Assembly: GCA_951406725.2 (NCBI GenBank)
Contig: OX597826.1
Coordinates: forward strand, 61,938,001 to 62,002,000
Reading direction: 5' to 3'
Source: Octopus vulgaris
Taxonomy: Eukaryota
Length of the DNA: 64,000 nt
This document shows, one piece after another, positions 43,593 to 56,051 of the stretch. The notes below the pieces were generated by a model, which worked only from the letters and a program-made list of their open reading frames with translations, searched no databases and was not told the DNA's origin. How positions within the stretch are numbered: the stretch's first letter is position 1; each line of letters starts with the position of its first letter. The position numbers and the translations under genes were made by a program.

Positions 43593-45012
43593 ACAGAAAA
43601 AAACAAGGACAGAAACAAGGAGAGAAAAAAATGCGTGTAGGAGCTACACATACAGATTCGTTTTCTTATGCTGATTTACATTTATCATATAGGTTCCTAT
43701 CTGGATTTCCGTGGCAAATCTTGAAACATGTTAACACGTAACCCAACAACTATGTTTCGAAAAACAACTTGAGAAAAAATATATCTTTTCTGATACAAAG
43801 AGATCTACGATTTAAAAATTACATTTACAAGTTAACGGAGAGGGACCTCGTTCTTAAGTGCTCTATGTTGCACTGCATATATATATATATATATATATTT
43901 ATGTAAACAATGTATATGCTTCACTTCTGCCAACTAACACTTTGTCCTTGTGTATGCCCCCCACACACACACATATGAACATGGACATACACAGACAAAC
44001 ACACTCTCACACACACACGCACACGGTCAAACACACAGTGCGCGCATATATCGGTATCTTAAAGGGTTACTATGTATGCACTTTTGCGATTCATGCAGTA
44101 TGCAAGCATGCATGCATGTATGTGTATGTGTATATGTATATGTATATATGTATATATATTTATGTATATATATACATATATGCATATCTTGATATATGTT
44201 CATATTTAGCTATATGAACAAGCAAATACAGGGATACATACAGACTCATACATGCATACATAATACATACATACATACATACATACATACATAGACAGAC
44301 ACAGACGCACGCACACGCACACACACATACTCTCATAAACACACACACAAACACACGCAAATATATAATCAAAACCAAGGGAAATTGTATGTTTACTATA
44401 TTATTTAAAATTTCATATCTCTTCGTTAAATGAGATTTAGATTTTTAGATAATTTTGTTTTATATAAACATCTCCTTTGATCTTATTTTCACCTGTTGAA
44501 ATAGAATTTATCCCATACCATTCACTGATTCATTCTATTGTTTTCCTTCTTCCATTTCATGCTTCCTATCCAGACACACGTTTTCGCTTTTTCTTCTGGC
44601 AAGTCTAAATATAGCTTATTTAGAATTCCGTTGTTATTGTCTTGTGCGTCTAAATAAGCAAACACCTCGATCAGTTCATTAGAATATGCTTGGTATGATA
44701 AACATACACCATGTGATATGAAGAATTAGGAAGTAAATATATATGAGGAAGTGTAGTGTGTGTTTGGGGTGGCTCATCTACAGATACGCATATATCTACA
44801 TATATGTGTACGAATACATTTATGGGTAAGTATAAATATGCGTACATATTTATTATGGGATAATATATATTTTGATGCACGTACGTTAAGTTATATAGCA
44901 TATATCTATTTATCTATCTTTATTTATATATATCTCTTTCTCTCTGTATATATATATATATATATATCCATGGACATACATATACATGTATGTATATATG
45001 TGTGTATGTATG

Positions 45013-45083
<71 letters not shown>

Positions 45084-45130
45084 GTGTGTGTATACATATA
45101 AATATATATATGTGTATATATATATATATA

Positions 45131-45420
45131 TCACGTGACCGACCAGACCATCAGATGTTGCTACACATCGCTGGTCACAATGCGTTTGCATTGTTTTAGC
45201 CTTCAATGATGCCACCTCGCTGGCTAAGCGAGCAAGCCAACAGAAGAAAGAGTGAGAGGAAGAGTGGTGAAAGAGTACAGCAGGGATCACCCCCCCTGCC
45301 TCTTGGAGCTTTTAGGTGTTTTCGCTCAATAAACACACACAACGCCCGGTCTGGGAATCGAAACCGCGATCCTCCGACCGCGAGTCCGCTGCCCTAACCA
45401 CTGTGCCATGGCGCCTCCAC
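45131..45420 (-). mobile_element. tRNA-derived SINE family B, tail type 1
   Basis: Minus-strand head GTGGAGGCGCCATGGCACAGTGGTTAGGGCAGCGGACTCGCGG..GGTTTCGATTCCC (A and B boxes). Flanked by microsatellites. Confidence 0.9.
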
Positions 45421-45549
45421 ATGTATGTATATATATGTGTATGTATGTATGTATGTATGTATGTATGTATGTATGTATGTATGTATGTATGTATGTATGT
45501 ATATATATATATATTTGTCTGTGTGTATACATATAAATATATATACGTG

Positions 45550-45597
<48 letters not shown>

Positions 45598-45606
45598 TAG
45601 ATAGAC

Positions 45607-45669
<63 letters not shown>

Positions 45670-46022
45670 CAGATAGATAGATAGATAGATGGATAGAGCG
45701 ATAGATAGACATAGGTGTCCCTCTCTAGAACTATATATTTTCTCTCATCTCTTACTTGCTTCAGTCATTAGACTACAGCTATGCTGGGGCACCGTACAAT
45801 ACTTATTAGTCTTTTGATTGAATCGATGTTGGAGCAAAACATCAGAGAAATTTACTGGATCTTATCGGCTAGCTCACTTCGTTTTAATCGGATACAATTT
45901 TAGCGGGTGTTATTCGTGACTCTGCGACACAACTGGGCAGACACACTCGCAATGCTCTCCTCAAGCAATGTCGAAATGTGAGTGAATTTGGTAGACACAA
46001 ACCGAAATACGCCTGTTGTATG

Positions 46023-46060
<38 letters not shown>

Positions 46061-46299
46061 CAACAATATAGGGTGAAATGAATTAATTTGGAATAATCAT
46101 TAATTACACCAAGTAGATTTCGGCATGTAAAAGCCTCATTCGAGGAAAGTTTAAGTAATACTAAGTAATTAAGGGTTTAGCAAGGAATTGCCTCATCACA
46201 CACTGAATTTAGAAATAGCAGTCAAAGAGTTATAGCTATTCCTTTCTACTAAAAGGGAGATCTCAGTAAAAACACAGCACTTGAAAGGCAAGCACAGAC

Positions 46300-46352
<53 letters not shown>

Positions 46353-46379
46353 CATATGTGTGTGTATGCGTATCCGTAT

Positions 46380-46528
46380 TTGTTCACCCACCGTCACTTG
46401 ACAACCATTGTTGGTGTGTTTACGTCCACGTAACTTAGTGGTTCGTCAAAATAGGCCGATAGAATAAGTACTAGGTTTACAAAGATAAAGTTTTGGGGTT
46501 GATCTGCTCGACTAAAGGTGGTACTGCA

Positions 46529-46602
<74 letters not shown>

Positions 46603-46740
46603 TTATATACACATATATGTGTATATATACATATATATATATTTATATATATATGTGTGTGTGTGTGCACCAGCGAGTACTGTGTTACTACAGCATGGCC
46701 GCAGTTAAATGACTGAAAGAAGTAAAAGAGTAAAAGAGTA
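46380..46740 (+). mobile_element. SINE family C 3' part, interrupted at CAGCAT
   Basis: TTGACAACC..TTTACGTCC..ATAAGTACTAGG..CGACTAAAGG [insert] CAGCATGGCCGCAG..AAAAGAGT tail. Confidence 0.8.
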
Positions 46741-47209
46741 ATATATATATACATTTATATATATATATACACACACACTTATATACACATATTTGTGTAT
46801 ATATACATATATTTATATATATATAGTGTGTGTGCACCAGTGAGTACTGTGTTAGAGATTGTGTATTTGTGGGTGTGCGTATATATATATATGTATATGT
46901 ATATATATATGTATGTATACAAATGTATATGTGTGTAGGAATGTATGTAAATGGCTTTGTGGTTGTATGTTCTGTATGTCAAAAGGTTTGTCAACATATG
47001 TGCAGTGTCAGTGATTCGTAATGTAATTGGGAATGATTGTCGCAAAAACACACGTAATTAAGGTAAACAAACCATAATAAATGTTAAGAAATGTAATAAA
47101 ACATATAAAGACGACGGATGCGATGGAGACGACGTCAATGACGACGATAATGACAGTGTAAATATATCGCTACTAATGATAAAAACTATGAGAATTACTA
47201 TGATAAGGG

Positions 47210-47269
<60 letters not shown>

Positions 47270-47328
47270 TAATAATAATGATAATGATGATAATAATAAT
47301 AATAATAATAATAATGATAATAATAATG

Positions 47329-47359
<31 letters not shown>

Positions 47360-47382
47360 TGATGATAATAATAATAATAATG

Positions 47383-47435
<53 letters not shown>

Positions 47436-47436
47436 C

Positions 47437-47471
<35 letters not shown>

Positions 47472-47915
47472 TGGAAGAAGATGAAGAAGACGAAGAAGAA
47501 GACGAAGAAGAAGAAGAAAAACAAGGAAAGAGAAGTAGAACGCGAACAAGAAGAGCGTTAATAATATCTATAATACTAACAACAGCAATAATAATAATAA
47601 TCACAATAATGATGATAATGCAAATACGTTTATGATTTTTTGTTAGAAGACATATAATACAGGAATAAACGAGTGAAGAAGGAATATATAATGCGTGTGT
47701 TTATTTCGCAAAAGAAGAAAAATACATGACCATCCCGAAATACAAGAAGAAGAAGAAGTAGAAGAAGTAGAAGGAGGTAGATGAGGAGGAGGAGAAAAAG
47801 AAGGAGGAGGAGGAGTAGAGGAGGAAGAAAAAGATGAAGAAGAAGAAGAAGAAGAAGAAGAAGAAGAAGAAGATGATGAAGAAGAAGAAGAAGAAGAAGA
47901 AGAGAAAGAAGAAGA
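47210..47915. repeat. Long (AAT/GAT)n and (GAA/GGA)n microsatellites
   Basis: Read directly. Confidence 0.95.
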
Positions 47916-47999
47916 ATTAAAACCTACCCTCTGGCCATAAGAAGGGGGGATTTTCCACTGTCATCCCTACTTTTCTGATTCGCTCTGACCCCGCTAACA

Positions 48000-49088
48000 G
48001 ACTTGTTAAACGAAACTATCATGTGTTATAAGTGCTATGAACAAAAAACAAACCACCTCAAGTACATGGATAACCAAAAACCTTTCGCTAAAATTGCTCA
48101 AAGTTTCAGAATTGGGATCGGAATGTGCATAGGGCTGGACAAAAGTGCAAGAGTCCCTCTGAGAAGAAGCTACTTATTCAGCATTGAAAGGCACTGCACT
48201 CGACACAGACATAGAACTAAGAAAATTAGACCACAACTCCCCATACAAATATCCATGAATAAACGAAACAGCTAAAATACAACACACAGAAATCAAAGAG
48301 AAATTTAGGGGTGAGTACTACAGAAGAGTCTGACTAATATTAAACAATGAACTTAATGCTAAAACTAAGATAATAGGGATAAACACGCTAGCCATACCAG
48401 TCATAAATTACTACGTTAACATAATGAACTGGAAGATCAGTTAATTAAGAAACCTAGATAGAAAAAACAGAAAACTACTAACAGCATACCGAAGTCACCA
48501 TCCCAAAGTAGACGCAGACAGAATATATTTACCCCGCTCAGAAGGAGGCCGTGGCCTGACAGATAGAAAACTACTATGAAATAGCAACAGTTTGACTAGC
48601 AAAATACTTAGAAATAAAGAGTGGAAGATTATTGCATGTAGTAATGTAAAAAGAGAAAAAAAGTAAACGCTTTTCTTTGTACATAAAGTGCGGACAAAAT
48701 ACAAAACAAAAAGAAAATACATTGACACACTGACTTCAGATGACAACATAGCAGAAATGGTCAAAAAGGGACAAAAAACAACATGAAAACTGAATTACAA
48801 AAGATATTGAAGAAGAAATGGCGAGAAAAATAACTTCATATTGAATACCCTGCTAGGCTTGACAGAGAGGAAATGAACCTACATAAAAGCCAACAATGGC
48901 TCAAGAGCTCTTGACTAAAAGCTGAACCGGAAGGACTGACTCAAGCTGCACAAAAGTAATCTCTGACTACAAACAATTATAAAAAACAAAATAATGAAAA
49001 CAGGCTTCAACACCAAATGCAGAATGTGCAACCAGGACAATGAGACAGTTGACCACATCATCTCGGGTTGCCCGGTCCTTGCCATGTC

Positions 49089-49092
<4 letters not shown>
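48000..49092 (+). mobile_element. R4/Dong-type LINE RT-to-zinc-knuckle remnant, cut off at (TA)n
   Basis: NHLKYMD, IGMCIGLDKSA, INTLAIPVINY, LDRKNRKLLT..HHPKVDADRIYLPRSEGGRGL, CRMCNQDNETVDHIISGCPVLA. Confidence 0.9.
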
Positions 49093-49128
<36 letters not shown>

Positions 49129-49332
49129 TCCCGGGTTGATTCCCACAGTAAGTAGTAAACACATAAATGTGAAGTACTGTTTCAAGGTGGAAAATTTCTC
49201 TTGAATGAACAGTACTCAAATACCAGTGGTACCGGAGTAAACACATAAATGTGAAACAAGGTGGAAAAAGTACTCAAATACCAGTGGTAGAGTAATATGC
49301 TTTATTTAAAGCAGCAGAAAATTCAACAAAAT

Positions 49333-49370
49333 CTGTTACTCTGAGTTTCTCGTTGCCGTTCATCAGACAG
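49333..49370 (-). ncRNA. Type-I hammerhead-like motif, left arm
   Basis: CTGT-CTGATGA-ACG-GCAA-CGA-GAAA-CTCAGA-GTA-ACAG. Canonical core, GNRA loop, GUA site, A-A mismatch at the base of stem II. Confidence 0.72.
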
Positions 49371-49386
49371 TTTTTGCTAGAAAAAA

Positions 49387-49424
49387 CTGTCTGATGAACG
49401 GCAACGAGAAACTCAGAGTAATAG
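49387..49424 (+). ncRNA. Type-I hammerhead-like motif, right arm
   Basis: CTGT-CTGATGA-ACG-GCAA-CGA-GAAA-CTCAGA-GTA-ATAG. Confidence 0.7.
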
Positions 49425-49456
49425 ATTTTGTTGAATTTTTTGCTGCTTTAAATAAA

Positions 49457-49499
<43 letters not shown>

Positions 49500-49821
49500 T
49501 ATAAAATTAATCAAAGGACACACCTAGTATGTCCTTTGATTAATTTTAATCACTCGGCTATTTAATGGTATTTTTGGGCCTGCTATCGCCTGTGTCATTG
49601 ATTCTGTTATTATCATTTTTTAAATTGTTACATTGGATAATAATAGAATTAATGTCACCTTCGTAAATTAATTTTATATATATATATATATGTGTGTGTA
49701 TGTGTGTGTGTGTGTGTGTGTACGGGCACGACAAAGTAAGCAGTTATATCCACTGGACCATATGTCAAAAAATAATATTGTTGGGAACTACTCGTATCCT
49801 ACGAAAACCACCACCACCACC

Positions 49822-49909
<88 letters not shown>

Positions 49910-50649
49910 GAGTTTCTTTTATTAGCTTTTGCTAATATTTATAGCAGTTTCAGCGCAAGGCAGACACTGATTCGTCAGCTCGTCAAATATATTTAGTAAA
50001 TGATTAAGGCTCGCAGAATCTCATTTCTTTATCTTGGCATTTTAACATTAAAAAAACTAAATCATGAAGTAAAATCTGAACATTTTCTGGTTAGTACTAG
50101 AGGATTAGTACCTTAGTTGCTTAAACAAACTGTATTCTTGCTTTTCTTCATGTAAAAATATGACCAAAACGTTAGAAGAGCAAAAAGTATCCAGGAAGTC
50201 ACAGATTCAGATTTTATGAACACAGTGTCTTGAATCCTGTGCAAAGACACATAAATATCGAATGATTTGATTTTTCTTACTATAAATAAATATACAACCA
50301 AGACGATTGAATTCAAGAAAACTAGTAAAGGTCTATCATTTGGGGGCAGGAATCTTTTATAGACGGGACACATCTATAACAGAGGATTTTACAGGAATTG
50401 CTAGACTTAGCTTAATTCAGGCAAAATTATATAATCTACTTACTTCTGCAAATGTAGTAAATGTTGAAATATTTACACATACATTACTGCGGTCAGAGAT
50501 GATGTTTTTCTGTCAGTAAATCTAGGAAATACATGAGCTGTTTCAACCAGTCTTACTTTGAGTGCTCGTTATTAAAGCCATGTTATTGATGGGCCCTTGA
50601 GAAACACGGTGGGGGGTAGCACTACACCAGCCTTACTTCATTTCGCATT

Positions 50650-51039
50650 GGATATGGAAGCACTCCGTCGGTTACGACGACGAGGTTTCCGGTTGATCCG
50701 AATCAACGGAACAGCCTGCTCGTGAAATTAACGTGTAAGTGGTTGAGCACTCCACAGACACGTGTACCCTTAACGTAGTTCTCGGGGATATTCAGCGTGA
50801 CACAGAGAGTGACAAGGCCGGCCCTTTGAAGTAAAGATACAACAGAAACAGGAATTAAGAGTGAGAGAAAGTTATGGTGAAAGAGTACAGCAGGGATCAC
50901 CACCATCCCCAGCCGGAGCCTCGTGGAGCTTTAGGTGTTTTCACTCAATAAACACTCACAACGCCCGGTCTGGGAATCGAAACCGCGATCCTATGACTGC
51001 GAGTCCGCTGCCCTAACCACTGGGCCATTGCGCCTCCAC
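50650..51039 (-). mobile_element. tRNA-derived SINE family B, tail type 2, full length
   Basis: Same head as the 45.4 kb copy. 12-bp TSD TCATTTCGCATT at 50638-50649 and 51040-51051. Confidence 0.93.
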
Positions 51040-52697
51040 TCATTTCGCATTAATAGATGATACACTAGATATCTCTTTGCCAATTACCTCAAACCTTAAG
51101 GCCTTTTGCAAAATTAAGATTTTACAACTTCAGTCCATGTTTCGTCACAGCCTGCCGTTATCGCGTTGAGTAATGCTTCAATTACAGTCATCCAGCACTT
51201 TTTTATATAACCAAATACTACATGATCTAAGGGGTTCTTCCTTCTTTACCACAGTAGTGTGATTTAAGTAAGATCCGGCTGTTATTTCAACGCGGACAAG
51301 TTACCACGTAATGTTAGTGTGGTTTTCTCGTCGTAGAATCGTTAATAACAATTAAAATGTTTACCCGTTGATTTGGCATTTTCGCATTTCAGTTCGAAAG
51401 TGATAAATATAACTTTCAACTATTGGCTACGGAGCCTCTACAAACAAATAAAAAAATTGCCACGATGTAGTAAAACACTGGTTTCAACATTAATGAAGAA
51501 AATTATCAGTTCTTGGTTTCGGTGCCGATGTTATTTCGTAATAAAAGAATAATTAGCATTGCAGAATTACAATGTTAATTCTTCGCTAACGTTAAATAAG
51601 TTTCCTCTAGAGTGAGTCTTTAAATTTCAAGTATTATTGAGACAAATTCATTTCCCTTGCTGACCTGTCTAATTCTATGCTTATTACCGTGTTAAACACG
51701 ATGTAATTAAATTATCTTTATAGTAATACGATAATGCTGTTTCTCAGAAATAGCCCAATCTGAAAGTAATTATAAAGGTTTAGAGTGGATATTAAGTCAT
51801 TGAAAGGTTCAAGCCCGGGATTAATTTGTATATAGAATACATGGGACACATAGATAACAGCTGTAGACAGGATTAGCATTGCTCCTGGTAGTTGAGAATG
51901 TTTCTGAAGTTAAAAAGTCTTCTTAACTACGCATTGTTTTCTGTATTTAGTCTATGTAAAACTTGGGGAAAAATAGTAACTCTATAAGGTGAATTGTTCC
52001 TTTTATGGCGAAGCAGACGTATCATACTTTAGCCCCAACAGTTCGTCCCGAGGTGTCTTCAGAGGACTACTCCCCATTGCATTCATTCACGTTCCAAGAC
52101 AATTTGAAGATGACATAGCCCTACCCGCCCCCCAGTCTCAGATACTCTAAAAATGTCATGGAACTGCTCTTCCTCATTAGATAATGGTATAAGAAAAGAG
52201 ACACGGTGATGTCAAAGAACAATCGGTTCGAGATCTCTCACAGGTTCGAACTTTGGCTGAGACCCAAACAATTAACTTGTAGTGTGGTTCAGTTCACTAG
52301 TGGTGTATTATTTGATTTATACCGAGATTGGTGAATGTTTTGTTAAAATGAAAACCTCCGTATGTGTACCCCTGAGTGTTTGGGACTTAATATAGAACCT
52401 TATATTGCAATTCTATTGATAACACAATATGAATGATGGGTCCAACACTGAATCTATGTATCTGTCAATGACAAAATATATGAAGTACAATATTTAAAGC
52501 ACAAACAAATGGAACAAACACAACTACAACCACAGCAGGATATACTAGAAGTATATCAGAAGAAAGATTACAAGTCGAAGATAAAATACATGTCTGAGAT
52601 GTCTGACCCAGAGTAGAATCTACAGAAGTAATAAAAATGCATTTCATACTCTTTCTTTCTGGTTGCAATATTGTTCTGAACATTTCTGTATTTTCAG

Positions 52698-53033
52698 TAG
52701 TTAGTTAGTTAGTTAGTTAGTTAGTTATTTGGCTCAAAAGCAAATAGCAAGGCCATGTAGGGGGACATGGAGTTAAGTACAGGGTGGTGTTCATGTAAAG
52801 AGTTCAGGCCACTTGAGGTCCAGGGAGGCTTTGAACAAAGCGGTCGTCGGCATCTTCACCATCTCGTCTGGCAGCTTGTTCCACGGATCCGCAACCCGGA
52901 CGGAGAAAGCTCCTCTCCTTCGATTGAGATGAAATCGTCGCAGGTAGAGCTTTTCGGAATGACCCCGCAGCCGACGCTCCGGAGCAGGAGTGAAGAACAG
53001 CTCTTTCGAGAGGTTACACTTCCCGTTTATGAT
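52698..53033 (-). mobile_element. CR1-clade LINE, 5'-truncated, with (TAAC)n tail
   Basis: Unbroken frame IINGKCNLSKELFFTPAPERRLRGHSEKLYLRRFHLNRRRGAFSVRVADPWNKLPDE..FKASLDLKWPELFT*. (TTAG)n at 52698-52727 on the plus strand. Confidence 0.9.
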
Positions 53034-53189
53034 GTAGTTATCTAAGAGTCCTAATTATATTGTCTGATGGTTTGTACGCTTCGCAGGAGTGAAGCAACGA
53101 GTTTCATCATTGATTTCGTGTCAAATAAAATACCTTTCAGCTGGGTCCATAACCATGGATATTTGCTTAATAACTTTCTTCTTTTACCT

Positions 53190-53670
53190 TGTTTCTAAAC
53201 CGTTTTTTCAGCGAGAAATAGTCTAACAAGGCTGGGAAGCAATGATTTCAGTTTGACAAGAGCGTGCCCGCCAGTCTTTGACAAGACGCTCATCAATAAG
53301 GTCATGGTATTTGGCTTCCTTCTGTAGAAGGGAGTTGTCAAGTCTACACTCACGGAGCATAGTGAATTCGGCTTTTGTATAGAAGACACCCATCTGATTC
53401 GAGCGGCGCTACAACCACTTTTCCACAAAGGATGAGTCTACCTTTCATCCCCTCTTACATCTCCCAGTCACAGTTCTGATGTGAAATAGAAAACTGTCTC
53501 TCTACAGTTTCTTTTGTCCATTGCTTTTCGTCATATCTCTTTGCAGATTAATTATCTTGGAGATAACCAGAAGGGCATTATCACGTTTCCACAAAACCTA
53601 ATTGCCCTTTCCCATTACCCAAGGGTTTCCAGTCAAAACATGCGTTAGGTTTTGAACAGTTGTTCTATCT
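53190..53670 (-). mobile_element. R2/Hero-type non-LTR C-terminal remnant
   Basis: LTHVLTG, LWKRDNAL (WRHDxVL-like), VDLTTPF (ELTVPW-like), KEAKYHDL..DWRA. Confidence 0.6.
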
Positions 53671-54377
53671 AGAAAAAGTGAAAGAGAAATTTTTTTTTAA
53701 AAAGACGATTACGAATTGAAAAACAAGGATAACTAGAAAAATAAGTAATTTTCAGCACCAGCATCAACAGCAGCAGTAGCAGCAGCAGCAACACCAGCAT
53801 CCGTTCAAGAATTTAGACTTGGAAATCTCCATTTGCAGCGACTTCGAGGGCAACCTCCCAGTGGTGTCGGGCGTCAACGAAGAGCCATCGACTACAACAA
53901 GACGACCAAAGTTTTTTTCCAAGGTCTGGGGTCTCCCGCCCCTTAGCCCTAGACCATCACCTAATCACCCTTACCCGTCTTGTTGCTTAACACAACAACA
54001 ACAACAACAACAACAACAGCAGCAGCAGTATTAGTAGTAGTAGTAGTAGTGGAACATGAGTGAGTGCAAGGATATAAGAACCATAAGTAATATAACAACG
54101 AAAACACGAGGACAACACCAACAACAACATACACAATAAGAATGACAGCAGATACAGAACAAGTAGAAGAAAGAAATATAATAGCACGAAAGAGAACGAC
54201 AATAAGAGCAACAGCAAGAAGGAGAAATAAAATCTCAGTGGAGTGAGGAAGAAAAAAAAACATGATGACATAAGAAAATAAAACATTTAAATAAGCTGTT
54301 AATTCTAAATAGAATTACTTCCCCACCCTCATACACATACACATGCAGACACAAGGGAGAAAAAAATGAAACGTTAC

Positions 54378-54479
54378 CTTGAGATTTCCTAGTTTTGCTG
54401 CCACATCAGTTAAGAAAACTTCAGTAGTCTTCGGGGATATGTTGTTCTGTTCAAAAGTTTGTGACATGTCCGCCATCGC
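54378..54479 (-). CDS. Probable 102-nt exon of an unidentified host gene: AMADMSQTFEQNNISPKTTEVFLTDVAAKLGNLK
   Basis: Acceptor TTTTCTATTTCTCATCTGCAG| and donor AAG|GTAACG. Only one frame is open (phase 0/0). The ATG lies in GCGATGG context. Confidence 0.65.
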
Positions 54480-55204
54480 CTGCAGATGAGAAATAGAAAA
54501 CAATTAACAAAATGGAAATATATTCAATAGTCAATAGTTTTCGTAATAGGATTATATTTTTTCTGACTTCAGTCTTGGTGCTTATGTTTTCATGAATAAA
54601 TATGAATAAATATGAATATCTAGAATAGAAGATACAATTTACATACATGAAAAAATATAGAATAATATGAGATATATTAGTTTTGTAAAAATATATATCA
54701 CAACATATTAATTTCCATACTATTTTCATTACTTTAGTTATGAAACAAGAAGCAATGTTAAGAAAAAAACATAAAAGTGACGTTCATATATGGAATACAA
54801 GCAATATATAGAGTTGAGTCTAATTAAACAAAGTATATAGATACATACACGACTGTGGACATGAAAGAGTTCAGCAGAATTATTCACCGGGCATATGCTC
54901 TTATGTTACCTCGGAGTTTGTAAATATAACAAAATCCGTTCTGCAATGAATCCTAAATTTCTTACAAAAAAGTTTATCGATGCATCTACCTATTTAGCAA
55001 TCTTTCTGCGTTTGTATATGTGTATGTATGTATTTGTGTTGGGAAATACGTGAATCGAGGTATACAGTTTAATAGATACATCTGAGCTGATCATACACAG
55101 TGATATCGCCCGGGTTATTAGATAACCGTATATTAGATAACAGTGCGGTTAACACACACCACGTGTACTTAAGAGGTGCCAGGACTATATATTCTGAGAG
55201 ATAG

Positions 55205-55238
<34 letters not shown>

Positions 55239-55348
55239 ACAGAGAGACAGACAGACAGACAGGCATTCAGACAAACAAACTGACAGATTGCTAGATATCT
55301 ATCTATCTGTGTGTCAGTCTGTAGAAAGATTGTCAGAGAAATAGATAA

Positions 55349-55391
<43 letters not shown>

Positions 55392-55429
55392 ATAAATAAA
55401 AATATATGCATACATACAAACATATATGT

Positions 55430-55995
55430 ACGTACCTATATCTACATGTATATATACATGCATATATAAATAATTATACGTGAGTACAGGACAAAACAAT
55501 AAGACGTAGAAACGGGAAAATCAGAAAAAACAAAAAACAAGAAAACGAAAAAACAAAATACAAGAAAGCGAAAAAAACAGTTACAGGACGTGCTACACAA
55601 GGAAAAAACCCCCGTCATCAGCTGTTGCTAGTAGAGTCACGCATGTTTCGAAGGCAGAGACAGAACACTAATCCATCAGGCCTTCCTGCGAGAGAATTAA
55701 AACAAAATTCCAATTAGAGGGGCAAAATGAGTACGAACAGGACGTAACAATAAAACTGCAAAAATAAAAATACATGTACAAAAAATACAAAAAATACAAA
55801 GCGAGAAAAATAAAAAGAGAATACGATACAGGAAATCAACCACACAAGAGCACGAACGAAAAAGCCTTTTTTCCTGGCATAGACGAAGGATACTGTAAGC
55901 GCGTGGGAGGCAGTCTTTTCAGTAGTAAGAGCAACGTGTAAAAGAAAATTTTATAGGCTGGCAGTAAGGAAGAAGGAAGGAGGAGGGGGACACGC
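55430..55995 (-). mobile_element. TA-embedded element related to family D / Penelope-terminus-like
   Basis: Minus strand GCCTTCGAAACATGCGTGACTC..GCTGATGACGGGGG. GAGTACAGG end resembles 63597 onward. Confidence 0.5.
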
Positions 55996-55996
55996 G

Positions 55997-56051
<55 letters not shown>

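Larger units (their letters stand above)
49300..49457. repeat. 158-bp palindrome (76-bp arms, 2 mismatches, 6-nt spacer) of family H
   Basis: Arms 49300-49375 and 49382-49457 compared base by base. Confidence 0.95.

Noticed and set aside
45340-45420. tRNA gene (also 50960-51039 and 27600-27659)
   Set aside because: tRNA-derived SINE heads that continue into SINE bodies.
46108-46146. Minus-strand CGAATGA-GGC..GCC-GAAA-TCTA
   Set aside because: Core has two changes and stem I does not pair.
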